Source: Octopus vulgaris
Taxonomy: Eukaryota
Assembly (NCBI GenBank): GCA_951406725.2
Contig: OX597823.1
Location: 113,212,001 to 113,276,000, forward strand
Direction: 5' to 3'
DNA length: 64,000 nt
Under the pieces are notes generated by a model that was given only the letters and a program-made list of their open reading frames with translations, was not told where the DNA came from and did not search any database. Position numbers and translations under genes: made by a program. Shown here piece after piece: positions 15,410 through 29,164 of this stretch (its first letter is position 1; every line of letters starts with the position of its first letter).

Positions 15410-15750
15410 TTTATCATTTACTTGTGTTAGTCATTGGATTGCGACCACGCTGGGGCGTCGTCTTGAAGGCTTTTGGTCAAACGAATGGACCCCAATGCTA
15501 TATTCTAAAAGCTAGTATTTATTTTACCTGTCACTTTCTTCGTTCACGGTTACGTAAACAAGCTAACGTTGGCTGTCAAGTGCTGCTAGGGGCCATGTAC
15601 CCACAGAGACCACAAACATGTACGAAGAGTCGTAGGTGTGTCTGTGTGGCAAGAAGTTTGCTTCCCAGCCACATGGTTACCAGCCTCAGGTCGAATTAAA
15701 GATTTGTGAGTGGATATGGTCGATGGAAGCCGGAAGAACACTATCGTATA
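15410..15750. mobile_element. Degenerate SINE B fragments in both orientations
   Basis: TTACTTGTGTTAGTCATTGG tail on -; GTGTGGCAAGAAGTTTGCTTCCCAGCCACATGG head on +. Confidence 0.55.
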
Positions 15751-15779
15751 TATACAATGATTTATCTTGTATATATATT

Positions 15780-16625
15780 CCCGTGATGTGATCTACCTGG
15801 TGCGCTTTTGGTCAGGCGGCAGCCAACGAGCAGAAGCGTTCGTCATGCGGCAAGCTGGCAGAAACGTTAGCACGCCGGGCGAAATGCTTAGCAGTATTTC
15901 GTCTGTCGTTACGTTATGAGTGCAAATTCTGCCGAGATCGACTTTGCTTTTCATCCTTTCGGGGTCGATTAAATAAGTACCAGTTGCGCACTGAGGGTCG
16001 ATATTATCGACTCAATCCGTTTGTCTGTCCTTGATTGTCCTCTCTGTATTTAGCCCCTTGTGTGTAGTAAAGAAATAGGTATTTCCTCTGCCGTTACGTT
16101 CTCAGTTCAAATTCCGCCGAGGTCGACTTTGCCTTTCATCATTTCGGGGTCGATTAAATAAGTACCTATTTCTTTATTACCCACAAGGGGCTAAACATAG
16201 AGAGGACAAACATGGACAGACATAGGTATTAAGTCGATTATATCGACCCCAGTGCTTAACTGGTACTTAATTTATCGACCCCGAAAGGATGAAAGGCAAA
16301 GTCGACCTCGATTAAATAAGTACCATTTACGCACTGGGGTCAATATAATCGACTTAATCCGTTTGTCTGACCTTGTTTGTCCCCTCTGTGTTTAGCACCT
16401 TGTGGGCAATAAAAAAATAAGAAACGTTCGTCATGCGTAAGTCAATTATGCAGAAAATTCTCAGCTCTCTCACGGATATACTAAAAGCTTTAACTATTTG
16501 CTTTACAGTCAAGTTCCCGTCATCCATCAGCATGTGGAAAACAAAATCAATGTTTTCTTCGGCGAGGGCAGTTACATGGCGTTTAGACATTCGCTCATCT
16601 TTAAGATGCTCTCTTCCACTCCACA
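15780..16625 (-). pseudogene. Tc1/mariner transposase remnant interrupted by a SINE cluster
   Basis: GREHLKDERMSKRHVTALAEENIDFV...LTVKQI...LRMTNVS continues past the SINE as ARWLP-PDQKRTR, matching the HTH region and WVPxxL motif of mariner transposases. Confidence 0.75.
15846..16420 (+). mobile_element. Nested cluster of SINE A copies
   Basis: Outer TSD AGAA(G/A)CGTTCGTCATGCG at 15832-15849 and 16420-16437. Inner inverted copy at 16167-16307 with TSD TCGATTAAATAAGTACC at 16150-16166 and 16308-16324. Confidence 0.9.
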
Positions 16626-17028
16626 ATTCTTCTACTGATGAAGCTGGAACGTTTACACTAATGTAGCAACCATGTCAACATGAACGTCGTTGGGGCTAAA
16701 CCCAGTTTACTGCTGATTCTTGATAACAACCCGATGTCAAATTTTGCCACCTTCCAAGAGAGTTTGCTTGTAGGTTATTTATGAATGAAGTCTTTCTTGA
16801 ACAGTTAGATTTCAGTTTACCTGGAACAAAACAATACAGTTATTAATAAGAATAGTTGAGTTTAATAACACGGGGTTCTTTCATTTCCTTTTACAAAAAA
16901 AAAACTCATAAAGCTCTGGTCGGCCCAAGGCTGTAATAAAAGTAATAGAAACACTGGCCCCGGGGTGGGACTGAACGCGGAATATATATACATATATGTG
17001 TGTGTGTATGTATGCGCGTGTGTGTGCT

Positions 17029-17086
<58 letters not shown>

Positions 17087-17283
17087 AGTCACAATATATG
17101 GATTCAAGCAATCCGATAGTACTCATTAAAAAGCTCCTTAATTTGTCATTGTATAAACTATATAGAATATACTATAATATAAAAGGGAAATGATAAGGAG
17201 TGTGTATAGTCATAAATGACATAGAAATATACATCTATCTATCTTTGTCTGTGTATGTATATACGTATATATGTATATATGTA

Positions 17284-17365
<82 letters not shown>

Positions 17366-17371
17366 ATATAT

Positions 17372-17795
17372 AGGCGTAGGAGTGATTGTGTGGTAAGTAG
17401 CTTGTTTACCGACCGCATGGTTCAGGGTTCAGTCCCACTACGTGGCACCTTGGGCAAGTGTCTTCTACTATAGCCTCGGACCGACCAAAGCCTTGTGAGT
17501 AGATTTGGTAGACGGAAACTGAAAGAAGCCCGTCGTATATATGTATATATATGTATGTGTATGTATGTGTGTGTGTGTATGTGTGTGTGTGTCTGTGTTT
17601 GTTCTCCCAACATCGCTTGACAACAGATGCTGGTGTGTTTACGTCCCCGTAACTTAGCGGTTCGGCTAAAGAGACCGATAGAGAAAGTACTATCCTCACA
17701 AATAATAAGTCCTGGGGTCGATTTGCTCGACTAAAGGTGGTGCTCCAGCATGGCCACAGTCAAATGACTGAAACAAGTAAAAGAGTAAAAGAGTA
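17372..17795 (+). mobile_element. SINE family B, full length
   Basis: tRNA-like head with GGGTTCAGTCCC B-box, internal (TG)n, AGTAAAAGAGTAAAAGAGTA tail. Confidence 0.9.
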
Positions 17796-17860
17796 TCGTG
17801 TGTACCGTTGGCGATTTTTTTTCCTCTGTCTTCCCTTCTCTGGATCTTTCCTTCTCCTAT

Positions 17861-17895
17861 GTTTCCGACGAAGAGCTCCGCTCGAAATGTTAAGC
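17861..17895 (+). ncRNA. Minimal hammerhead motif (variant core CCGACGA) in a short pyrimidine-rich element at about 17800-17995
   Basis: GTTT-CCGACGA-a-GAGC-tcc-GCTC-GAAA-T-GTT-AAGC. Confidence 0.55.
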
Positions 17896-17990
17896 CCTCT
17901 TTCTTCCCTTCTTTCCTGAGCGTCCAATAATACTATATTTGTTCCACGTCCTCGCGTTGTTGTGTTTTTTTTGTGCTTTCTTGTTTGGAT

Positions 17991-18034
<44 letters not shown>

Positions 18035-18036
<2 letters not shown>

Positions 18037-18200
18037 CGTTAGTTAGGGGTTTACGGAATATATCCATGCTATGACTGTGACAATTATGCAAAATAACTAA
18101 AGCACCGTCGGCATAGAGACCAACAGTGCCCTTGAGGAACCTTTCATTAAGTGCATGAAGGATAAATACTCCAATGATGTTGCACAAATCAGCATTGTCT
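18035..18200 (-). pseudogene. Penelope-like RT fragment
   Basis: DNADLCNIIGVFIL...VGLYADGALVIL...DIFRK parallels the CDLVGFFVL...LYRDDAL...DKLRK segment at about 47850-47990; catalytic DD is mutated. Confidence 0.7.
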
Positions 18201-18334
18201 TATCGTAAAACTTCACAGTCACACACAGCCATACGCACAATCGCAAACACCAAACACAGACACACACACTCACACACAAACACACACACACACATATATA
18301 ACGGTGTTTTTTCATAGCGTTTTTTCAGATGGCC

Positions 18335-18397
18335 AGATAACCGAAGAGATGCTGTTGTGGATTTCCACTTCGGCATCTGAAACTCAGAGTTTTATCT
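18335..18397 (+). ncRNA. Type-I hammerhead motif (core CCGAAGA)
   Basis: AGATAA-CCGAAGA-GATGCTG...CGGCATC-t-GAAA-CTC-a-GA-GTT-TTATCT. Perfect 6-bp stem I, 7-bp stem II, near-palindromic stem III, GUU triplet. Confidence 0.7.
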
Positions 18398-18495
18398 TGA
18401 CTATTGAGTAATTGTAACATTATTTTATAAATAAATTTCCTCTATTTACATAATATTGAGGTCTCTTTCTTACTTTTGTTATCTCACCGTTTTTA

Positions 18496-18552
<57 letters not shown>

Positions 18553-18689
18553 CTAGAAACACGATATATAGTTGAACACCTGCTTCGATCACTTCAGCGA
18601 TGAAAGGTGCAAATATTGGTTTCACGTTTTGGCACTGAGAGAGCAATTTCGCGTGAGGGAAGAAGTTGGTTACATCGAGCTGAAGGCTA

Positions 18690-18830
18690 AAACAGTACTT
18701 ATTTGATCGACCCCGAAAAGATGAAAAGCAAAGTCGACCACGGCAGTAACTGAACTCAGAGGGCACAGTCGGGAGAAATGCCACTAAATATTTATTCTAG
18801 TCCAGTAACGATTCTGCCAGCTCGGCGCCT
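18690..18830 (-). mobile_element. Diverged SINE A-related copy
   Basis: TCGACCCCGAAAAGATGAAAAGCAAAGTCGACC...TTCTGCCAGCTCGGCGCCTT. Confidence 0.7.
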
Positions 18831-20016
18831 TATGTGGTAAAAATAATGAATAATGAAAAAGAGACACAGAAAAATTGAACTTAATATGTTAAAATGACAC
18901 TCTCTCGAAACGTAACATTGGCAGGCATATATTTACCATTTCCATCCCATGATGGAACACTGCATATTAACTTGTTCTCTCAGACAGAGATGGTCTTTAA
19001 CGTGTTTACACGTAGTATCAAATGTTCTTTTGAAAATGTGCATCTTCATATTATTTTACTTATATGTTGTGAGGACGAGTTTCCTCTTAGTTAATAAAAC
19101 AACACACACACACACGTATATGTATACACGTGTATATATGTATGAATATATGCGCGCGTGTGTGTGTATGTGCATGTATGTGTGTGCTCGTTTGTGCATT
19201 TTATACGTCGCTGTATGGATTTTTATATGTATGTATGTATTTACAGCTTTGTATATGAATGCATATTGAAAGTTCCAATTTAGAATGTCTGTTGTTTTAG
19301 TCAAGCATTGACAGTTATCCTCACTACAGTATACATTTAATGTGTTCGTTGTTGCAACGTAGTATACATTGTAAAAGACAGACACAGAAAATACAGAACA
19401 ACGTCGACATAAAGTTTAAGTGTCTTCACCACATGAATATATATGCGTATACAGAAATTACATTATCCATTGAGATATTATGGCTATCTTTATTAAAGCC
19501 GTATGATATTAAATTTCATTTCTACTTCTTTTTTTTTCTAATTTCGCTTTTGTCTGATTTGGTGCATTCGAACCAAAGTAAGGCTTTAATAACCTAACAA
19601 GAGAAAATAGCAATCGATAGTGAATTTCAAATTAAGCCAAATGATAAAGTGGATGACCCCGAATTATAAACGTATTTCGTTCATTAATCACAGATTCCGG
19701 TCCAGTAATTAGGACTTACAGTAAAAGGTGCAATGTATTGATTTCATGTTTCTCTTTGGGTGAATATAATGGCTAACTGACGCAGAAAGGAACTGTAGAC
19801 AGCTGTCTATACTTCCCATTATATTACAAGTATTAATATAATCGTTATACGACACAACCATTTGCACAGCCACGCAAACCTATGCATATATATTTATGCC
19901 GATATGTATGTATGTATGTATGTATGTATCTATCTATCTATCTATCTATCTATATGTCAGTATGTATGTATGTATGCATGTACACACTTATATATGCACT
20001 TATACACATACATGAA

Positions 20017-20061
<45 letters not shown>

Positions 20062-22015
20062 TCATATACGTACACACTCGCACACATATAAGATAAAACA
20101 ACTAAAAGAATGGATATTTTGGTGTCAAATTTATTCTCTTACAATTGTTTCCATAATAGATAAGGCAGATAAATCGTGCAACATGCTGGAACGTATATGA
20201 ACACTGATTCTGCAAGCTCATGCATTATTGACGGAAACCATTTCCTATCATTTCATCATGATTTTCAAAAGGTGTAATATGCTTTCACAGGATAAAGGGA
20301 GAACTTAGGGGGTCGTAGCGAGAAAGCAGCTATGTTGATATGCCTGGAGAAAGGCACGAGGTAAAGGAATTAACAATAAAATACAGAAAGGTGCATATAC
20401 AAGACGATAGTATCGATTTCGACGACAAGGAGCAAGCTGTGCTGGTGACGCAAATGAGGAACAAAGTATTAGAGAAATATATTTAATTTCGGGTGGCATC
20501 AAACCACTGAAATATTCCCAAAGAGAATATTTTTATGGGGAACGGGTATGTCCAGATTAAGATTTAAAAGAAAAAAGAAAAAAGAGAACGAGGATAGAGT
20601 GAGAGAAGGAAAAGAGAGAGAATAAGAGAAAGGTGAAAGAAAATTATATAGAAAGATATAATTAAGGACCTACCGTTAAAGGGTTGATATGACACACAAT
20701 AACATCAAGTAGAATACCAAGCCAAATCATTGTCAATATACAATAATACAACCATATAGTATAATAATATAATAAAATATAATAATGCCATCATATATTA
20801 CGAAAATACATTAGAATATAATAATGAAGTAATGAAATAATTACAGCGAGAATCATCTTCGAAATTAAGAAGAAAATAATTTATACGCTGCGATTGATGA
20901 ACACTTCTTTCATGTTGAATATTTTTGATTTATTGTTTACTGCAGACACAGACATATATATACACACACAGAGACACAAACGCACACATACACACACTCA
21001 AACACACACACACACACATACACACACACAAACACACACAAGATCTTTGAAGACGCATACTTGCTATCAGTTTATCGCTATCAAATTCCACGTTTCGTCA
21101 AGGCTTGAATGGTCAAACTTTGCGTTCTGGTCGTCCCTCGCAATATGGAAACTCATGCTAAATTTAATTTGTGTCAAATGCTACAGCTGTCCGGCTCGAA
21201 TTTAGCCACGACCAATCGTGCCTATAACTGAGACACTTTCCAACTGTGTTTATGCATTGCTTAATGTATATTTCCTTTGTTTCAGAAACTAGGATATTAT
21301 CTACGACAGATAGAATTGTTCATCCTCGTAAAAACTGTTGTTATTGAAATTTGTCAATTCCATTCAATGAAAAGAGTTCTGGAATCCTGAATGACGAAAT
21401 TTCCTAATGATTTATCTTGGTGTTTATAGGTAAATAATATTTCAATGGTGTATAGGAAGGCAGTCAGAACACACTCCTTATATAAGAAAAAAGGGTTTCT
21501 TTTACCATTTTATGCAACGCCTTTAACATACACACCTTTCAAGTTTACACGAGAACGTTGAAGCTTAATTAATATCAAAAGAAATTTCATTATTATTGCT
21601 GCGTTCCTCTGAATGTGCTACTAAGGTACAAAAACATATGATTCACATGCATATTGTTACTCTTTTAAGAGAGTAGACAAATTAATAGGGAGTAGGTTCA
21701 TGCATATAGGGAATCTTTTTACTCAGGGGTCCTTGCAAATGTCAATCAAGTAATCCAAAATTAAATACATTTGAGTCACAGATTATACAACTATTTTCCA
21801 GGAATTCATCTCTATGGAAGTGTATGTTTTATGCCATCAATGGATGCTCGATTTTCCATTTCACGGAGAAACGCTTAACATATTTTGTTAAATATTTTAA
21901 AATATTTATATGTTAAACAAATCTGTCCACTATAACCAAAGTATTAAATTCAATACCAGACACTGTCAGAATTATTTAGTGTATTTGTGAAATATATATT
22001 TAATTCACAGCTCTT

Positions 22016-22360
22016 TTTTTTATTGCCCACAAGGCGCTAAACATAGAGGAGAGAAACAAGCACAGACAAAGGGATTAAGTCGATTACATCGACACCAGTG
22101 CGAAACTGGTACTTTATTTATCGACCCCGAAAGGATGAAAGGCAAAGTCGACCTCGACGGAATTTGAACTCAGAACGTAGAGACAGACGAAATACCTATT
22201 TCTTTACTACCCACAAGGGACTAAACACAGAGAGGACAAACAAGGACAGATGAAAGGCAAAGTCGACCTCGGCGGAATTTGAACTCAGAACGTAGCGGCA
22301 GACGAAATACTGCTAAGCATTTCGCCCGGCGTGCTAACGATTCTGCCAGCTCGCCGCCTT
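22016..22360 (-). mobile_element. SINE A, partial tandem dimer
   Basis: TSD ACAGCTCTT at 22007-22015 and 22362-22370; internal junction GACGAAATAC|CTATTTC at about 22195. Confidence 0.9.
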
Positions 22361-23205
22361 GACAGCTCTTATATTACAACACGACCATGCTCGCATGCAG
22401 AAATATATTTCAACGACCTTATATATTAATGTTGACGAATCATACGAAAGGACTCATGATAACACGAAAGCTATATAGTCACACCTAATAATGTACTATT
22501 CCAGCAGGCTGGTAACACTGTCTTCAAATAAGGACAGTGAAATCTTCCTTACAAAGAAGCTACGTTCTGAGTGTTCCAATGCGCATGTATGTGTGTGTGT
22601 GCGCGCACGTGTGTGCACAGTAATATAGCTCTCCTTGTTTCCGTTTACTCTGAACAGCGATAATTGCTTCTCTCAATAAGTCTATTAAGTCTATATAGGT
22701 ATGTACATGTATATGTATGTATCTACGCGCATATGTATGTATGTATAGTCACACACACATATGTATGTATATTTTTGTGTATTCATATATATATATCTAT
22801 ATATATATCTGTACATATATACATACATAAACACAATTCTCTTCTATTCATATACTTTTCCCTTGACCCGACCTAACTTATCTCAATGTAAGAACGAAAC
22901 ACTTAACCTAGTTTTCTTCGTCAGAAATGAATCTTCTTGGAAATTTCTCAGTTGCTACGGTTTTCCATTAAATACTATTCAGGAACTGTCCAAACAAATC
23001 ATTACCTCTATTATTAAATTCACCTAAGTATTATGCTTCTCACACAAGTTGTAGCAGAAGTTAATTCCATGGAGGTACTAGAATATATATGCTATCTATT
23101 TACATGTTACGTATACATCATTTAAAAGAAATGTATAAGTTATCTCTTGCTTTCTTCTCTTCCCTCAAAATACTCACATGTATGTGTAGAGTATTATATG
23201 CATGC

Positions 23206-23242
<37 letters not shown>

Positions 23243-23272
23243 TGCATATATACATACATATATCTATATATG

Positions 23273-23356
<84 letters not shown>

Positions 23357-23362
23357 TCATAC

Positions 23363-23419
<57 letters not shown>

Positions 23420-23425
<6 letters not shown>

Positions 23426-23935
23426 ATCCACTTGGCGCAGATTGACCTCGATCTCTGTTGTAGAAGTGCAATAAGTTTTAACATTGCAGCTCACTTCTGC
23501 TGTTTACAGCAGTGCTTGCAGGAAGGTGTGTAGCATGTGGTTGGTGTTCTTACCGTGACAGGGAAGGTTCAGCAGAGAATGTGCTGCAAATTTTGCCAAA
23601 ATTTTGGCAATACTTGCTCAGAGGCCACAATTTTCAATAAGTTTTCATCTTGTATTTTTTGGTCAGCTGAAAGCAGTTTTGGCACAAACTTGGCAGACAC
23701 CAAAATCTTCAGTGATAATGGTCTGAACTGATACTGTAACTAATTTGCACAGCTCCTGACAACTCACGGCCGGTGATTCGACAATTTCCTCGTACAGGTG
23801 CGAGCAGGTATGCGATGTTTCCTTAGTTCTGCTGGTTGCAGGTCTCCCAGTATTTTCGTTAATATCGACATATTTTCGGGGATCTTGGAAACGTCTGAAC
23901 CACTCGTACACTTGTGTGAATCCCAATTTCATTCA
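23420..23935. pseudogene. Mariner transposon remnant with internal inversion
   Basis: N-terminus VQQRMCCKFCQNFGNTCSEA on + (about 23565-23630); the following region QVYEWFRRFQDPR...GRPATSRT...FVPKLLSADQK is on - (23632-23932). Confidence 0.75.
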
Positions 23936-24921
23936 AATTTTCACATGCCTTACTTAGGGTCCTTGTAGTTTCATGGGCAAAAAAATGTTCAACTTCTTGC
24001 CTAGAGCGAGCCCATAGCAATATCATATCTACTCCACTATTTCAGTATTACGTGTTAAAAGTGAAACAAAAACATTTCTCTATTTTATGTCAGATACTTT
24101 CACTTTAACAATAAAAATTATAACAATTGAATTATATGTAGTAAGTAATAATTAAAATCAAACTAAATTATAATATAATCGTAACATAACAAAAGTGAAA
24201 ATAGCAATTGGTATAAAATTGCATCAATGACTTGAACTTGAATAAGTGGTTTCACATGAATGGGAATAAATTAAAAATAAAATTAGCGTGCAGAAATGGA
24301 ATAGTCCAGATGGATAATAAAAAATTAAATTAAAGAAAAGACTATTGTCTATAAAGTATACAATGTAGAGAAAAAAAGAAGATTTGAACACCTGGAGGAA
24401 AGCACCATCGAAAAGTGTCTTGTTGCGACTATGAAATATATCTAACCAGAGGCGGTAAATTCGCCACAGTAGAAGCAAGGTTTGAGTCAACGGAGCGTGC
24501 AAGGGAGTACTCGTCTCGAACTTGCAAAGTGGAAATATTCTATTTTTACCTTTATATCTGGGACGTGGGACGTGCCGGATAAAACTTTAAAATGCCCCCC
24601 CCCCCCTCCAGAAGTAGAGGTAGGCTGGATTGTAGCCACACTTCTATACAAGAGGGAGGACAATATACAATTGATCGAAATTGCAAGAGACGGGCTTACA
24701 ATTCCAGTCTGTTATATATTTTGAGTATTGTTATCACTAGCGATATCAAGATATTACTTTGTATTTTGTATTTTATGTGTAGATGTATATATATAGATGT
24801 ACATGTAATATGTACACATATATTATATACATGCACTAGCACTATCACCCGTCGTTGCCGGGTCATAATGCTAGTATATATATATATATATATATATATA
24901 CATACCTTTATTCCTGTGTTC

Positions 24922-24958
24922 CTTTCTGTCGAAGAGCGTAGGCCCGAAAACGTTAAAG
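24922..24958 (+). ncRNA. Hammerhead-like motif (core CTGTCGA) in a short element at about 24905-25050
   Basis: CTTT-CTGTCGA-a-GAGC-gtag-GCCC-GAAAA-C-GTT-AAAG; same family as 29128-29164. Confidence 0.5.
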
Positions 24959-25070
24959 ACTTTCTCACTTCCCGAGCGTTAAATTATTACATCTGCTTGT
25001 TGTTTACACACCTGTTTTCATCTTTCGTTTTTTTTTTTGGTAAATTCTTACTAGACTCACACACACACAC

Positions 25071-25146
<76 letters not shown>

Positions 25147-25291
25147 TAAGTAAGGTACTCAATACATAGCAGAGTAAAATTAATTTATTATAGAAGGATT
25201 CATATATTCAGAAATCTTCAGGAAGCTCCGAAGCTTCTGAGATTTCTCTGAATGAAACAGTACTAGTCCTGTAGAACTCCTTCTATAAATA

Positions 25292-25374
<83 letters not shown>

Positions 25375-25375
<1 letters not shown>

Positions 25376-25460
25376 ATTCACAAAAAGACAAGAGACGAAG
25401 ACAGGTGGTGTAGACAATAAACAAATGTATTAGTTTAACGCTCGGGACGTGAAAAAGGCT
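25375..25460 (-). mobile_element. Truncated 3' part of the same short element family as 24905-25050 and 29050-29185
   Basis: AGACGAAGACAGGTGGTGTA...AACGCTCGGGA shared between copies. Confidence 0.65.
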
Positions 25461-25466
25461 CTGTGT

Positions 25467-25502
<36 letters not shown>

Positions 25503-25820
25503 ATCAATACAAAATTTTGGAGCATAATTGGAGTGGAATCGTTGATGTTCTATTGATCCGAAGTGCTAACTTTATTTACATTGATTTCTGACTATACAAT
25601 TATATTGTATGATGCGTAGCATACTTATACATGCAAACGTGTAAAATATTTCACACTAAAACGTATTACTACATGCAGAAGCCTGCGAAACGACCGTAGC
25701 CATAAGAATGTCAAGTTGTTAAATAAATATATTCAACTTCCATAACTCCTGAAATTATATGGTTTATATCGATCGGAATTTCTGGTTTTCAGGTGGATGG
25801 ACACTGCATTACACTTCTCT

Positions 25821-26235
25821 GGGATCTTTTCGGTTTGAACAGCAGTTTTTAACATAATTTCTAGGTAACTAAAAAATTTTAAACTTCGTATACTGGTAGA
25901 ATGTGTTTATAAAACAACTTTTTCTCTTGGCTTTATTGAGAAAATTCTATAGTTTGTAAGATATTTGTTGCTTTTTTTCTGCTATTTCTGCAATTTCAAC
26001 CAATCAAATACGTCTATTGAGGTAAAAAAACATTCTGTGCCGTATGAATATGTCCATCGTTTAAGAAACAGATTGGGTTTATTTACATTTATGAAGAAAA
26101 AAAAAGATAACTTTCCCCCCACCCCTAACCCTAAAAGAGATTGAAATGCAATAGATCGATACTAGGGTCATAATTATAGGTGACAATTTCATATGACACC
26201 GCTAGAAAAACTGCTGTTCAAGCCGAAAAGACCCC
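25821..26235. mobile_element. MITE with about 30-bp TIRs (GGGATCTTTTCGGTTTGAAC...), 6-bp TSD and internal CCCTAA repeats
   Basis: TSD TTCTCT at 25815-25820 and 26236-26241; second copy inverted at 53251-53671. Confidence 0.9.
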
Positions 26236-27326
26236 TTCTCTGTATCATATTACTATTTGGTCTCTCAGCCGAGTCCGTTAGGTAAGCATTATGTGATATT
26301 AGCATGAATCTTTGAATCTACATCTTATACTACGCATTCATATATATATATAGGGACATTCAGAGATAATCCAGGACAAGATGCCTGGTGCCAATATGAG
26401 TCGCAGGCTCAGAGATATGGGAGCACCATGATCTCTAGCATAGACCAAAGATCCCCCAAAATACCCAATGCCATTTCCTGCATATATGGTTTTATATCAG
26501 AGTGACCTTCTCCTAGAAATATGCTTCAACAGAAGCTGAGGTATATTAGAATGCTATATACTATTTGTATATTGGATTATAACATTGTTGTGTGTATAAT
26601 ACTTGCCGATGTATTTGTGTATACTATCTGTAATGTATGTATAATGTATATACAAGTGTGTACATGGGTGCACAATATATTTATGTCCATGTCTACGTTT
26701 TTATGTAATGTGTATACATGCCTGCATGTGTTTAGCGTAAAAATATATGTGTGCATATATGTCTAGTATGTCCGCCGATATGTAGGTACTATCTCTTGTC
26801 TATGTGTATAATGCGTACACATAATATTTGTGTGTGGTATGTGATATATGTGTGGGTATACATACACACACACACATATATATACACACACACACATGTG
26901 TATATATACACACACAAATATACAATCTAGTGTCCCATGCGCGCGTGTGTGTGTGTTTACAATCTAGTGTATGTCACATGCATGTTTGTGCACTGTATAT
27001 ATTTCTGTGTGCGTGCGTATGTGTATTTAAAAGCTCAACTATATACATATATAAGTAGATAGTAATGTAAAAAACATTACGAATGATATATTATAAATAA
27101 TTAAGATTATTTATGAATATATCAATGGTCAAATATGTTATCATAAAATATAAAGAAGAAAAAACGTTTATAATTATGAACAAGTCACAATTATAACTAA
27201 GAGGTTAAAAAAACCTTCCATCATAAAAATAGCAACCATCACTGCTATAAAGTCATTATATCATGTTATTTCTCCTCACAATAAAGACCGTCTTCGGGCA
27301 ACATGGGAAATAGAATAATTGGTTAA

Positions 27327-27388
27327 TTCCCTAGTGCAATTTCGGCGTTAGAGACCACTTAATGGACCCATTCGCCTCCTCAGGGGAA
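27327..27388 (-). ncRNA. Type-I hammerhead motif
   Basis: Minus strand: TTCCC-CTGAGGA-GGCG-(25 nt)-CGCC-GAAA-TTGCA-CTA-GGGAA. Intact core, 5-bp stem I, palindromic TGCA in stem III, CUA triplet. Confidence 0.7.
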
Positions 27389-27470
27389 ATATTCCTATAG
27401 ATAGAAATCAAAACAAGACTTTACCTTGGGGCTACCATGAATCCCGACCGGCAATAAAAATGTTTTCACC

Positions 27471-27545
<75 letters not shown>

Positions 27546-27707
27546 GAGTGTATTTTACGTATTGACAAGTTTCGTTTTTTCACTTTCCCGATGAGAAGAT
27601 TGCATTGTTTATACCTTTTATTCTTTTGAATAAGTATCAGTGGAATTTTTGAAACATATATAGAAAGTAAAAATACTTGTTTAAACCTGCGTTAACTCCA
27701 TTTTTTA

Positions 27708-27753
<46 letters not shown>

Positions 27754-27842
27754 ATAACAAAGGGTAAAATGAATTAATTAAGAAGTAATCAGTAATTTCA
27801 CCAAGTAAAATTCGGCATGAAAAAGACCATTTCAAGGTAAGC

Positions 27843-28279
<437 letters not shown>

Positions 28280-28329
28280 CATACATACATACATGCATGC
28301 ATACATACATACATACATACATACATACA

Positions 28330-28361
<32 letters not shown>

Positions 28362-28504
28362 AGTATGTTTATACAAATGTATGTATGTATATATATACAT
28401 AATTCATAATATCTGGGTAATAAAGATTTTCGAAATTTTTACTACCAGTGGCTTACCGTATAGAAAAATTAGTCAATCGACTATATATTATTCATATAAA
28501 ATAC

Positions 28505-28645
28505 AGTGTACATTTAAACACATTAAGAGGTATCCATCATAGGTCTCCCTTACTATAGAAGGAACAGTGGCTTGGACTTTAGCTGTTCCTTCAAGCGTAA
28601 GGGAGTTCTACGATGGATACCTCTGAAGGTGTTTAAATATACAGT
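28505..28645. repeat. Imperfect long hairpin
   Basis: ATTTAAACAC/GAGGTATCCATC/CTCCCTTAC/GAAGGAACAG pair with CTGTTCCTTC/GTAAGGGAG/GATGGATACCTC/GTGTTTAAAT around a 15-nt loop. Confidence 0.85.
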
Positions 28646-28654
28646 GTATATGTA

Positions 28655-28699
<45 letters not shown>

Positions 28700-29001
28700 C
28701 ACAATATATATGCATATATATATTTAAAGACTCAAATACATACGCGGGTGTGTGTGTATCTGTGTGTTTATATATGCGCACTCCCACCTCTCTGTCACAT
28801 TGGTTGAGCACCTTCGTTGTCACTCCCTCTATATGAAATTATGAAGAAACAAAAGGACTGAGCGAGAAAGATGTGCTGCAAGATTATTCCATCTGCTAGC
28901 GATAAAGGACAAATCTCTTAACATAGGTCTGTGTGACGTTGCTTTCTCTACCCGCTCTCTCACTCTTTCTCTGTCTCTGTCTGTCTCTCTCTCTCTCTCT
29001 G

Positions 29002-29045
<44 letters not shown>

Positions 29046-29127
29046 GTGACAGTTTAGGAAACGAACAAAAGACGAAGACAGGTGGTGTACAAAACAAACA
29101 GATGTATAACGCTCAGGAATAGAAAAC

Positions 29128-29164
29128 GTCTTACGTTTCGAGCCTACGCTCTTCTACAGAAAAG
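29128..29164 (-). ncRNA. Hammerhead-like motif (core CTGTAGA) in a short element at about 29050-29185
   Basis: Minus strand: TTTT-CTGTAGA-a-GAGC-gtag-GCTC-GAAA-C-GTA-AGAC. Confidence 0.55.
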
